IMG/VR virus record: IMGVR_UViG_3300031841_001392 | Coordinates: 1-52,949 of that record | DNA: 52,949 bases | Source of the DNA: a virus | Taxonomy: Duplodnaviria > Caudoviricetes | Strand: one strand, 5' to 3' | Shown: positions 35,301 through 44,429 of the stretch, piece by piece | Layout: every line of letters starts with the position of its first letter | How positions within the stretch are numbered: position 1 is the stretch's first letter | Translations under genes and position numbers: made by a program | Notes under the pieces: generated by a model | The model's database searches: none | The model's input: the letters and a program-made list of their open reading frames with translations, nothing else | Told to the model about the DNA's origin: nothing

Positions 35301-38300
35301 CGGGCGGCTTGATTTGTCCTGCATGTTCATAGATGGCCTCTCTAGCCTGATCCAGCGTTATTTGCTTCTTATTATACTGCTTCCATATATTGTCTACAAC
35401 TTCCACATTACTGTTTTGAGACTTGTACTCTGGTCGGAAAAGGCCTCTGACCGCTTCCCATGTAATGGACTGCATCTCTCTAGGTAAAACACCGCGCTCC
35501 TTAGCAGCACGGCGGTAGGCCTCCTCGTAGATTGAGTACACGCCGTTTAGGCCCGTAATACTTGACGATGAACCCTTCGTTCCAAAATTGTGAGAAACCT
35601 CAAATGCACTGCCGCCAAGAGGCTTAAGAAGTCCTGCCGCAACAGCATGGGTGTCTATGGTTACATAGCCAAGATCCGAGTCTGGATCGAATATGTTGTT
35701 GTAAAAGTTTCTGACTTTGTTTGCCGAACCAAGCGATGCAGATATGGTGTCAATGTCAGTTTCTCTTAGGGCTTTAATTGACTTGGCTATCTCAGTTAGA
35801 GACCCCCAAGCCACCTTAGAGTTGCTACCGTCAGAATTCTTTGCGTAGTCGAGAAGTCTGCCGTCAGGGGATACAATCCTGTAGCTAGGGTCGTTATAGG
35901 TCTGGTCAAAAGTCCTGATCCACATAGCGCCTAGCTGCTCACCTTGCCCCGGCTCATTGAATTTATCCAGTACTTGATCAAGGGAGCTAGAGCCTATCAG
36001 ATTAAGCATCTCACGATTTCTGGCTTGACCCTTGGCGCTTATGCCATCATGAAAGAATATTTCTTCGGCGCGAGCTTTCATCTCAGGAGTAAAAGGCTGC
36101 CCTGCGTGATCAAAGAACGTATCAATAGTTCTCTCTGCGAGCGAGGCGTTTTGATACCAGTCCTTTTGCGGAGACAGGTTGGCTGCAACAGCAGCAGCTT
36201 GTTGCATGGTTAAGTTGTGACGTTCTGCAAATCTACGGACTAAAGCGTTTGCGCCTTTGTACCAAACCTTCGAGTTATTACGGGTATCAGCCGGAACCCT
36301 GTCATATATATTGAGCAGATTATTCTTAACAAGCTCAACAAATGCCTCTGCTTTTTGTTTATCTGATCTTAGGTCTTTTGATTTCTGCAGTATCGGATAG
36401 AGGTTAGCGTCTTTGATAAGCTCCATGTTCTTGCCAAAGACCTTGCCGTCAGCAAGAAAGGTTTCGTAGTCATTGACTAGTAAGTCTTCAAGAGGGTCTT
36501 CTTTTGATCTGGCGGCTGTGGGGTATCGGGTACTTACATTACCCTCTATACCGCCCTGTTCAGCGGCTCGCCTAGAGAACATGGGTGATTCTTCAAAGCC
36601 GTCCCTGCCTTCACGGGATGTCCACTCAGGCATCAAGCCCATCTTCTGGTCAGCAAAGACGGTGTCTAGTACACCAGCTCCTTGGTTTTGCTCGCCATAT
36701 GGGCCGTAGTTCAGCCAGCTATTTTGCCCCCTAGTCTCAGACGTAAGTGCCTGTAACGCTGGGCCAGTGAATAGTTTGGCGTGTGCCTGCCATGCATTTT
36801 CCTCACCGCGAGCGCGGAATCCAGCACCTTCTATGCCGTGACCAAATGCGTCATGTACAGCCCTGAATAAGTCGTTGTTGGTGACTATTTGCTCTCGACC
36901 TAGCTGATCTTTCCATCGCAACCCTGTGTCACGCAACATAACCCTGTTTGGATCGCCTATATCGTTATAGAAGTCATCTAAGGTGCCGTAACCGTCATAA
37001 GTGCCATAGACGGACATGCGCTTGTTGCTGCGCAAGTCCCGCATTGCGTTGTACGGGTTGCCGTCATAAGGGTCTGTGTCTGAATCATAGAAATCAAACT
37101 CAAAACCTTCGTCAATCAAGGCATCGTATTGGTTGCGTGTTTGCCTAGCCAGATCCTCATAAGCATCCCTAACATTAGGATCAGTGGGATCATCAGCCAT
37201 CTCCTCATAAGCCTGCGCTATCCGAGTGGCTCTCTCTGGGTCTACCCTTACATACTCCGATTGTCTGGCAAGCGGGATGCCATAGGTCTCTGCATATCGC
37301 TCTGCTGCGGCATTGATTGCTGGGTCTGGCCCCGTGGCCCCTGCCCTGATCGGCGCTCCTTCGAGCGGCGTTCTGCTTGCACCCTGATCTTCTGTCGGCG
37401 CAACGCTTCGTGCCTGATCGCGTCCTCTTCCGTCTCTTCCGCGTTGGGGTCGTACATTATCACCTCCAAGGTTTGATATGTTTCTGGCAACGATGCCTTT
37501 AGTGCCTGACGCATCAATAGGTTGTGCTAACTGCTCAGGATCAATCATTTCGTAAAGAAACTTTGATTGCCCCGACTTGATATCAAACTTGCTGCCTTCA
37601 GGTACAAGATGTTGGTCTCTTGAGTCGGCAAACTCTACTTCGCCAACCTCAATAGGCTCTCCTACAGTGGCGTAACCAACAAGTTTTGCAGGCCCAGAAC
37701 CTGTCTCCACTATGCCAATACGCTTACCCACATAGGGGCGCAGCGAGTCTTTGTCGCGTGTCTCGTATTTTTTCTGACCGCTGACAATTAACTCAGCATA
37801 GTTAGTATCTCCATCAGTTCTGACGTTGATACCCATCTCAGCTTCTGTTGGCGCTCTGCGAGAAAACAGCGTTTCAAACTGCTCGCCACTTGGCAGAACA
37901 TTTTTTGTTGCGTTCTTGGCTAATACTAACGGGCCAACCTGTATTACTTCTTCAGCAAAGGTTACTGGCTCGCCGGTCTTTCTGTCGTAGAAGTATGAGT
38001 GTCTTCTTGGATCAAAACCAACCTGAACCCAGTCTGGAGAGTTAATGAATTCCTCTGCAAGTGATGCTGTTTGCTCCGGGTCTCTGTTTACAAAGTCTCC
38101 CATGATTTGGGCAAACGGAAACTTGTTTTTTCCCTCCATAACGGAACGAGCGTCTTCTTGAAGGTTTTTAGGGTCTCTTCCCGCTCTTTCTCTAAGCATG
38201 GTGAAATCAGCATTTTTGATTGATGCTGTAGCCATGTGAGATATCGATTTGCCTTTCTGGTCGTGAATCGTTGGCACCCAAGTGCCAAAGTTTTTGTATG

Positions 38301-41300
38301 CGTTGATATCTAATCTAAGACCAACGCGAGACCCATCAGGAACCTCTGCGTTTATTTTGTCTTTCTGGCTTTGAACAGCTAAAGCCTCAAACATCTCTTC
38401 TGTAGTGGCAGGCTCTGGAACAAAGTCATAAGGCTCAATTGTTCCCAGAACAACAGAATCATATTGCTGTCTGGTAAATTCCCCTGACTGCAATTTTGAG
38501 TAAGCATCGGCAACTTCAGGCCTAACCTCTGTTTGGGGAGCGCCTACAGCCCTTCTGCTAAAATCGGGAACAGACTGACCCTGCATCGCTGCGTCACGTT
38601 CTGCCTCTTCGCCGGTGGTGATGACTGTGCCGGGGGGTGGTTTGGCTAGGGTTCTAGATGCGGCCTTCTCTGTTTGAGCAAAGGTTCTTATCTCACCTCT
38701 CTGTCTACCACCTATGGTGCCTGAGCCTATGCCGCCGATAACCTCGCTGAAGGTATTGAACTGCTCGCCTCTAAGGGCTGAGACCATGTTCCTAAAGAAC
38801 CTAGCTATGCGCTCTACAAGGGATCTTGGCTTGCCCTGTAAAAGTTTACTGTCTTCTCTTGCTCGTCTGACTAGCTCGGCAACAGATTCTTCTACCTGAT
38901 CTACTGGGCTTAAGTCATTGTAGTTGTTTTGCGCCCACTTGAGGAATGTCTGTGGGTTGCCATCCCTGTCTTTGGTGGGGTGTATCTTTTTGCTTGCCGC
39001 CCTTGAGAGAAGATTCCATTCTTTGTTGGTGAACAGATCCAGCTTACGCATGGCATGGATCATTTCGTGATCTAGAAGAGCCAGCAATTCTGCCTCTACC
39101 TGAGCATCTGTCAGGGTTTTACCCTGCATAGCTTTGTCTATTGACAAGAAAATAGTATTTATTCTCGGGTCGTAGTAAGCCTCTGCTCTGTCCTCTGGGT
39201 CTGCCTGATCAGACCGAACAAGCTGGTACTTGGCCTCTCTAGCTAAAGCGGCCTCACCACCAATCACATCTGCATCTATATCGCCGCCCTGTCTAGGCCT
39301 TATGCCGTAAACAAGATTGCCCAGAGGATCTTTGACCGCTGTCCTGAGCGCATAATCTAGGCTTAGGCCAACGTCCTTCAAACCAAACCCTGTCATCACC
39401 TTCTTGATTGCAGAGCGTAATCGGTCAACGTCTACCGATGGCGCAGGCAGAGCGAGTGTTTCTTGTTGCTGCTCCACCACAGTCTCAACCGGAGCAACCG
39501 GCTTCACACCCTGCTTGGCAATGTCCTTACGCAACTCCTGCATAGACTCAGCGCCACTCTTGGTCGCTATATTTATACCTGTAGCGTCAGCTAGGGCTAA
39601 CTCGCCTGCATTCGGATTTTCTTGCAGGGTTTGGACAGCAGCACGGAACTGCGCCCCTGTGTACTTGGGCAGCTTGAATGTGGGCAGCTTGGTAGGCTTG
39701 TCAAATCGTGGCAGTGATCTAAGACGTTGATATAGCAGCCTAGCCTCAGCAACAGACAGATCGTTTATCGACTTGATAGTCTTCTTGCCAAGAATCCTAG
39801 ACGCAAGGTACTTGACCTCTGGAGACCCCACCTTGGAGGTTATGTTCTTTGCTTCCAACAGCGACTGCATCTCTTGGAAGTTGCCATCGACGTTACGCAT
39901 AACACCTTTTTCGACGGCAGCCTTGCCAGTGGCGTTGTTTAGTTGGTTGGCATAGACCCTAGCATCAGCCTCGGTCTTGAACTTGACCAGCTTAGGCGGC
40001 TTCTTCTTGGGGTTTGCCTTGATCTCAGCGTCTTTCTCTAGGACGGTCAGAGGCCTGCCCTGAAGCACCTCGCCTGCGCTGCTCCTGATAATAGGGTTGC
40101 CAGCTTTACTAAGATCAGCGTTGTACGTTTCTGTCTCTGGAAGACCATTTACCCGTGTATCGGTAAGGTTATATAGCTGGTCTTCTTTCAGTACGCTTCT
40201 GACTTCTTCAATGGTGAAGTTGTTTGTTACTGGCAGACCCTTACGCAGACGCTTCGCGTTGATGCGCTGAGAGGCAGTCATCTTGGACGGCCCTACACGG
40301 TTTTCTACCAGTGTTTTGACATCAGCAACCTCATCAAAACCACGGTCTTGTGTGGTCTCTGCTGCGCTATCTACGGCAACAGATGTGTAGGTGTTGGAGT
40401 CTGGGTGATTTACAGCGAAGTTGTAGGCTTGAAGTGTAGAAGCTTGATCTGTGTCATACGCTTCTGGAGATGTGGAGATAACAGCGTCACCGGCAGAAAA
40501 GACGTTGTCGTTGATGATTTCGTCATTAAGAAACCCAGCAAGAGCGAAGGCATCTTCTGAGTTGTTGAGTGGTATGCCGAACTGCTGACCAGAACTGTCT
40601 TGTACAGTAAAGACGGGAACGCCAGTCTCATCTAGCTGCGTGGTGTCTCCTAAAGCACCGCCAAACTCTTGTGGCAGGTTAACGGTAAATGAGTTGTCTG
40701 CTGACGGGAAACTATCACCCATTGTCTGGCGTATCTGTTGGGCATAGGCAAGCATCGGCTGTTTCGGGTATCGCCTTTGAATGCCTGCGGTAGGCTCTGC
40801 GACAGTGGTGATCTGCAAACCTGTCTGCTGAGGCACACCATTTACAGAGGTAATCACCTCGCCGCCACCGGGAACCTCAACAAAGGTTGTGACCTGCTCT
40901 GTAGGCTTACCCTTGTTTCTTATTCTGGTCTTTTCTTCTGCTTGAAAGGTCTGTCCTGATGCATCAGATATGTTAACTATTCTTGCGGGAGTCTTTAACT
41001 TGGTTGTGAGCGCCCTGCCTGTAGGTGGAGCTATCTGAGCGGGATCTACCTCTGCTCCAGCAGCCTGCCTACGGGCCTCAGCGGCAGCCTTTACGTCTAG
41101 ATTAGACTGAGCGTCTATACGAGCTTGTTCTGCAAGGTCTTTGGGTAGGTTTGCCTGTCTTTGATTCTGGGCATCTTCTAGGTCTTCTCTTTTCTTTCTC
41201 TCTGCTTCTTCTGAGGACTTGAAGGCATCTTTGTTGCGCCTTCCAGCTACAGCGTTCAAGACTAAGTCAGCGCCTGCGCCGATAGCACCGCCTACGGTGA

Positions 41301-42138
41301 AGTCATCCATCAGGTTGCCACCACCAATCTCCAGCGCCTCGTTGTATACGCCCTTTTCAACAGCGTCTTGCAACAGACTTGCGGTTACTTCCTGAACGCC
41401 CTCAACCGTGCCTGACATCAGGGCTGACCTAAGACGTTGACTGATGCCAGAAGGTAGCTGATCACCCGCTTCTAGGCCTCTAAGCCTACGCAAAAGCCTT
41501 ACAGGCGTAGCAAGCTCTGACAAGCCCACCATAGTGCCGCCGACAATGGCAGCGTCTTCTTGCCCCTCAGAGACATCAAGGCCTGCGTCACGGGCAGCTT
41601 GTATTCTTTGTGCTTGGTCACCAGCACCTGTGCCTGCCGCCAGTGTGCCAGCGGCTCCTAGCTCGGCAGCCTGAACTGCTCTGCTTGCTTGTATGCCCTT
41701 GCCAGCTAGACCAGCAAGCCGCACCGCTGCCGTGGGAGTAAAGAATGATGCAAACGAGCCAACGCCCTCGCCAAACTTGGTAAGCCATTGGTCTCTATAG
41801 GCGGCATCGGCTCCCATAGACTCTTCTATTGCAGCACGGCCTTCTCTTGCAGCGCGAACCAAGTCGTTCTCTTCGCCGCTATCTATTAAGTCCTCAAGGC
41901 CTATTGCGTTGGTGCCTGCATCCGCAAGCTCTGCAAGACCTTCGCCAGCAGACAAGAACGCATTGGCAAAGCCTCGGCCTACACCCTTAGCAGTTTCTAG
42001 CGCCTGACCGGCTGCGGTTCTTTCTCTTTCGTAATAAGCCTGAAAAAGCTCCTCAGCATCTTGAGGCGTTGGAGGGGAGTCGCCAGTTACACTAATAGTT
42101 TCGCCGGTAACAGTGTCTGTCAGGGTGTAATCTGGCAT
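32287..42138 (-). CDS. Giant internal virion / large polyvalent protein (3283 aa)
   Basis: Last gene of the internal-protein block. Zincin HEMIH (~39060), ASCH-like YAELIVSGQKKYETR (~37780), LFRAVHDAFGH (~36850), glycosylase-like VTIDTHAV...MQSITW (~35460-35670), LPD38-like C-terminus (NYWLIP...RIPIPFEVG). Confidence 0.85.
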   Translation of the reverse strand: MPDYTLTDTVTGETISVTGDSPPTPQDAEELFQAYYERERTAAGQALETAKGVGRGFANAFLSAGEGLAELADAGTNAIGLEDLIDSGEENDLVRAAREGRAAIEESMGADAAYRDQWLTKFGEGVGSFASFFTPTAAVRLAGLAGKGIQASRAVQAAELGAAGTLAAGTGAGDQAQRIQAARDAGLDVSEGQEDAAIVGGTMVGLSELATPVRLLRRLRGLEAGDQLPSGISQRLRSALMSGTVEGVQEVTASLLQDAVEKGVYNEALEIGGGNLMDDFTVGGAIGAGADLVLNAVAGRRNKDAFKSSEEAERKKREDLEDAQNQRQANLPKDLAEQARIDAQSNLDVKAAAEARRQAAGAEVDPAQIAPPTGRALTTKLKTPARIVNISDASGQTFQAEEKTRIRNKGKPTEQVTTFVEVPGGGEVITSVNGVPQQTGLQITTVAEPTAGIQRRYPKQPMLAYAQQIRQTMGDSFPSADNSFTVNLPQEFGGALGDTTQLDETGVPVFTVQDSSGQQFGIPLNNSEDAFALAGFLNDEIINDNVFSAGDAVISTSPEAYDTDQASTLQAYNFAVNHPDSNTYTSVAVDSAAETTQDRGFDEVADVKTLVENRVGPSKMTASQRINAKRLRKGLPVTNNFTIEEVRSVLKEDQLYNLTDTRVNGLPETETYNADLSKAGNPIIRSSAGEVLQGRPLTVLEKDAEIKANPKKKPPKLVKFKTEADARVYANQLNNATGKAAVEKGVMRNVDGNFQEMQSLLEAKNITSKVGSPEVKYLASRILGKKTIKSINDLSVAEARLLYQRLRSLPRFDKPTKLPTFKLPKYTGAQFRAAVQTLQENPNAGELALADATGINIATKSGAESMQELRKDIAKQGVKPVAPVETVVEQQQETLALPAPSVDVDRLRSAIKKVMTGFGLKDVGLSLDYALRTAVKDPLGNLVYGIRPRQGGDIDADVIGGEAALAREAKYQLVRSDQADPEDRAEAYYDPRINTIFLSIDKAMQGKTLTDAQVEAELLALLDHEMIHAMRKLDLFTNKEWNLLSRAASKKIHPTKDRDGNPQTFLKWAQNNYNDLSPVDQVEESVAELVRRAREDSKLLQGKPRSLVERIARFFRNMVSALRGEQFNTFSEVIGGIGSGTIGGRQRGEIRTFAQTEKAASRTLAKPPPGTVITTGEEAERDAAMQGQSVPDFSRRAVGAPQTEVRPEVADAYSKLQSGEFTRQQYDSVVLGTIEPYDFVPEPATTEEMFEALAVQSQKDKINAEVPDGSRVGLRLDINAYKNFGTWVPTIHDQKGKSISHMATASIKNADFTMLRERAGRDPKNLQEDARSVMEGKNKFPFAQIMGDFVNRDPEQTASLAEEFINSPDWVQVGFDPRRHSYFYDRKTGEPVTFAEEVIQVGPLVLAKNATKNVLPSGEQFETLFSRRAPTEAEMGINVRTDGDTNYAELIVSGQKKYETRDKDSLRPYVGKRIGIVETGSGPAKLVGYATVGEPIEVGEVEFADSRDQHLVPEGSKFDIKSGQSKFLYEMIDPEQLAQPIDASGTKGIVARNISNLGGDNVRPQRGRDGRGRDQARSVAPTEDQGASRTPLEGAPIRAGATGPDPAINAAAERYAETYGIPLARQSEYVRVDPERATRIAQAYEEMADDPTDPNVRDAYEDLARQTRNQYDALIDEGFEFDFYDSDTDPYDGNPYNAMRDLRSNKRMSVYGTYDGYGTLDDFYNDIGDPNRVMLRDTGLRWKDQLGREQIVTNNDLFRAVHDAFGHGIEGAGFRARGEENAWQAHAKLFTGPALQALTSETRGQNSWLNYGPYGEQNQGAGVLDTVFADQKMGLMPEWTSREGRDGFEESPMFSRRAAEQGGIEGNVSTRYPTAARSKEDPLEDLLVNDYETFLADGKVFGKNMELIKDANLYPILQKSKDLRSDKQKAEAFVELVKNNLLNIYDRVPADTRNNSKVWYKGANALVRRFAERHNLTMQQAAAVAANLSPQKDWYQNASLAERTIDTFFDHAGQPFTPEMKARAEEIFFHDGISAKGQARNREMLNLIGSSSLDQVLDKFNEPGQGEQLGAMWIRTFDQTYNDPSYRIVSPDGRLLDYAKNSDGSNSKVAWGSLTEIAKSIKALRETDIDTISASLGSANKVRNFYNNIFDPDSDLGYVTIDTHAVAAGLLKPLGGSAFEVSHNFGTKGSSSSITGLNGVYSIYEEAYRRAAKERGVLPREMQSITWEAVRGLFRPEYKSQNSNVEVVDNIWKQYNKKQITLDQAREAIYEHAGQIKPPDWERSDGGIPEGDQAATYERKLSDGGVPRPRPDSASRRRGRGDAAREVQTEDVGLPFNLLDKYKRREVIGQSEVDRVVADNLQIAENRPAGTVPRFNPGADRYAQAVAADPDKGQELSDSEMPAFSRSNAPEINPAAQAAIDNVVADLPTNTPGQTYLNVLDQGPIAKWLTKAKQAAVNRYAQLENYQGMLGNLLADSSSLAAALMADRSNAITAAALQYGVPVYTGGMTKIADFNHTNSRGETKKIRGLIDLMSMLYTKEHGSLEQMAQAYSIAKRSERLRAKGIAVPGTPADHAANIATAESFLDENGNSIIKDWYDAWQDYNGYTVQFLKDTGVVDAETAEMWQDQSDYVPFYRQVEGADTPNAPNIFGGLTASADLKAIKGSEKEVNVPLLEAISMNLNAAISMGMKNVAQQRIVRDMRNIGLAREVKPGQNTTGEAVVTFKVNGNRRKFIVDDPLIYESLTVEPAGGVEREVSKILGFPSRFLREMVTREPGFVIANMLRDSLSAFVTSGSSFVPIADTIAGYAEGMEKLERTGVVGGYDYKNDPENIGEYAGKILQKRNKNVDQRGLLSKFFIGGWDLLGQATTRSDAATRNAVYNDVLARTGNEAEASYQAMEVLNFGRRGSSPVMRLVTATIPFLNARIQGLDVLARAGTGKSSANRDLSRSQAAMSFIARGSLIAASTAIYYTMVSDDEQYKEQTEEIKDNYWLIPTPSGVPVRIPIPFEVGLIFKTLPERIIDSYNEGTTAREAQQSIGRAVFGTLGVQPPQAVTPIMEAYMNYDLYTGRPVTPVFIDSSLPPELQELASTTEVAKNMAKVLGISPIKLDHLMKGYGGTIGSYILGMADYGLRDSFLQGDNRAVLAGTDVSQYPIIRRFFASEFGGGNKEDFYEMWDYIKRTENAAKLLQDQGRFDELESFLVNKKQFIGLRKQLQPTASALADLRKQRRTLLKSDLTADQKQEQMRFINTQEQYYLSIVPQLERYIELPTATETIANRISNLF
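35142..35330 (-). CDS. Overprinted +1-frame 62-aa protein nested in the giant gene
   Basis: AGAGG RBS before ATG; PLTRENYLMAAYP...LGAEEEAMLPE reads as folded while the main frame is an R/G/D/P-rich linker. Confidence 0.6.
   Translation of the reverse strand: MNMQDKSSRPTGNDLTEGYLKATKQPLTRENYLMAAYPDRDPTQPLGAEEEAMLPERYRLKT
37248..37457 (-). CDS. Overprinted +1-frame 69-aa protein (MYDPNAEETEEDAIRHEALRRQK...) nested in the giant gene
   Basis: Near-perfect SD TGGAGGTGAT immediately before ATG 37457; main frame is linker GGDNVRPQRGRDGRGRDQARS. Confidence 0.55.
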   Translation of the reverse strand: MYDPNAEETEEDAIRHEALRRQKIRVQAERRSKERRSGQGPRGQTQQSMPQQSDMQRPMASRLPDNRSM

Positions 42139-42140
42139 TA

Positions 42141-44426
42141 CTAGTTGATCACATAACGAGAGGTTGCTGAACTTGGTGTAGCAGCCTCCGCTGCGCTGAC
42201 AGTAGGATCTTCGGAGGTAGCAAGGGCGGCAGTCATGTCGATGCCAGCCTCCTCAGCTAGTCTTTGTATGATTTGATTCTTCCTTGCTGTGTATTCTGGG
42301 CTGCCAACAAAAAGAGGCTTGCCATCTGGCCCTGTAGCGCCCTCTAGAAGTGATTCGGCGGTCTCGACAATTCTCTTTTGCTCAAGACTCATACTTGTCT
42401 TGCTGGATCTGTCTGCAAGAGAATCGTAGTACTTAGCCCGTAAAGCCCTGTCACGGGCCTTCTCACGCACATCCTGTGCAGCAACGCCTGCTTTAGACAG
42501 ACCCTCTGCTAGGTCACCCTTAGCAATACCAGCGCCAAGCTGTATCAGGGCAGCACCAAGAGCTTCTTTCTTGGCAAGCTCTTCCTTGCTCATAAGGCCA
42601 GCCTCACGGGCAGCCCTAGCCTCTTGTATGTAACGATCCGCTGCTTGCTGCGCTGCTTCTTGATCAGGGGCGGATGTCTCCGCTACTGCTGCCTCTGCGG
42701 CTTTAGTTGTTGCGTCATCAGTTCCTGCTACGGCAGCGCCGTCTTTTGCCTCTTTTGCCTCTTTGGCTAATCTTTCAGCTTCTAATCTTTCCTCACGAAG
42801 CTGTGCCGCCTTTAAGTTACGTCCTCTTGGATCTCCTGCTGGCCCCGTGTCAAAGAAACTAGGATCTGCCTTTTTTCTTCTTCTTGTAGATCCTCGTCTG
42901 CGGTCAGGCTTTGGTTGAGCAGCCAGCCTTTCTTGTGCCATACGCTCTGCTGTAGCAGGATCAACCTGAAAGTCCTTAACCATTTCAGCAACTTGGCGGT
43001 TATATTCTCTTGTGCCGTACTCTGGCAGACCCAACCCAGATATCTCATCAGTTCTAGACTCAAGATTCTTTGCACCACCCATCAAGTAGTTAAGACGATC
43101 AGTAACAGCCGATCCGGGGTCTCCAGCAGCCCCTCTAGACTGTCTTAAGATGTCTAGTGAGCCGCTTATGTCGGTGGTAGGTGGTATCTCACCCTTGGCA
43201 GCGTCTTCTATGATCGCAGAAACAGGGTTGTTATCTGTAGTGATCAGGCCTTTTGGGTCTACCTTGGTGTTTTCTGCCATGCGAATGACATCACCTGTTT
43301 CAGCCTGCTTTCTTGTGGGCTGTCGTGCCACAAGCGGCAATGCATTCTCTAACTCTGGAAGCGTTGATACACGGGTTTGCCTAATAATATCGCCAACCTC
43401 TGGTGTCTCTCTTCCACCAAAGATGCCGGTCATTAGTTCTGATGGTGTCTGCGGGGGTATTGGCAAGAACTCAGTGGTTGTCTTAGTCGCTCTTTCTCTA
43501 GGAGCATCCATGTCCGGGCCTGCTGGCATCGGCATCTGTATGTTTGGTGTTGGTGTTGGGAACTGTGTCGCCCCACTTTCACCTTGACGCAGATTTGCCT
43601 GCTCAATCATCGCTGTGATTTGATCGGGGGTGTATTCGGTTCTAGACTCAATTTTAGCCATTGGGGCAAGTATTCTTGACCGCATAGCAGGGTCAGACAA
43701 ATCAATCTCCGCGTCGGCATCTATTCCTAGCTGTCCTGAGATGTAATCAATATAGCTTTGTGTCTCATTCTCTGATGGAGGGGCAAACCTACTCACCAAG
43801 CCGCGAATAGAGTCGATATCCCGATCCCTGCCATACGTTGTGAGAACCTTGTCAGCAGCGCGAACCCCGTACATGGGGTCTTCAAAGCTTATAAATCCAT
43901 CTTCAGCGCCGGTTTCTCCAACAAAACCTTGATTATACTGCCTGATGTTGAACGGGTTATTTATTCTTTGACCAATAATAGATGACTGTTCAGGAGCTTG
44001 ATTAATTGGGAACGTAGCCATTCTACCTTCAGCCATACGAATAACCCCGCCTGCCGCCATGCCTTGTGGGGGCATAGGCTGCTGCATAGGCTGCTGCGTA
44101 GGCGCTTGAGGCATCGGCTGACCCATAGGGGGTTGTGGCATAGGGCCGCCCTGCGGCATAGGCATAGGGCCGCCCTGCGGCATACCCTGCTGGGGCATCA
44201 TTGATGCTATGCCCTGCGGCTGAGGATTAACTATTTGCTGGGCAACTGTACCTTGAGGTTGTTGCTGCTGCCTAGCTTCAAACCGCTTACGCATGTCGCT
44301 ACGGCGCTGTATCTCGCTGATGACAAGGAACTGAGGCACCTGTGGATTAGGTGTCTGGGCTAACTGCTGTAGCGCCTGATCAGGCAACCCTTTTACGTCA
44401 TCCTCTAGCTGGATTAGGTTCTGCAT
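42141..44426 (-). CDS. Internal virion protein with lysozyme-like (NNPxNIR) domain
   Basis: RINNPFNIR...FEDPMYGVRAA...YGRD...SRFAPPSENETQSYI; P/Q-rich N-terminal part. Confidence 0.7.
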   Translation of the reverse strand: MQNLIQLEDDVKGLPDQALQQLAQTPNPQVPQFLVISEIQRRSDMRKRFEARQQQQPQGTVAQQIVNPQPQGIASMMPQQGMPQGGPMPMPQGGPMPQPPMGQPMPQAPTQQPMQQPMPPQGMAAGGVIRMAEGRMATFPINQAPEQSSIIGQRINNPFNIRQYNQGFVGETGAEDGFISFEDPMYGVRAADKVLTTYGRDRDIDSIRGLVSRFAPPSENETQSYIDYISGQLGIDADAEIDLSDPAMRSRILAPMAKIESRTEYTPDQITAMIEQANLRQGESGATQFPTPTPNIQMPMPAGPDMDAPRERATKTTTEFLPIPPQTPSELMTGIFGGRETPEVGDIIRQTRVSTLPELENALPLVARQPTRKQAETGDVIRMAENTKVDPKGLITTDNNPVSAIIEDAAKGEIPPTTDISGSLDILRQSRGAAGDPGSAVTDRLNYLMGGAKNLESRTDEISGLGLPEYGTREYNRQVAEMVKDFQVDPATAERMAQERLAAQPKPDRRRGSTRRRKKADPSFFDTGPAGDPRGRNLKAAQLREERLEAERLAKEAKEAKDGAAVAGTDDATTKAAEAAVAETSAPDQEAAQQAADRYIQEARAAREAGLMSKEELAKKEALGAALIQLGAGIAKGDLAEGLSKAGVAAQDVREKARDRALRAKYYDSLADRSSKTSMSLEQKRIVETAESLLEGATGPDGKPLFVGSPEYTARKNQIIQRLAEEAGIDMTAALATSEDPTVSAAEAATPSSATSRYVIN

Positions 44427-44429
44427 CGA

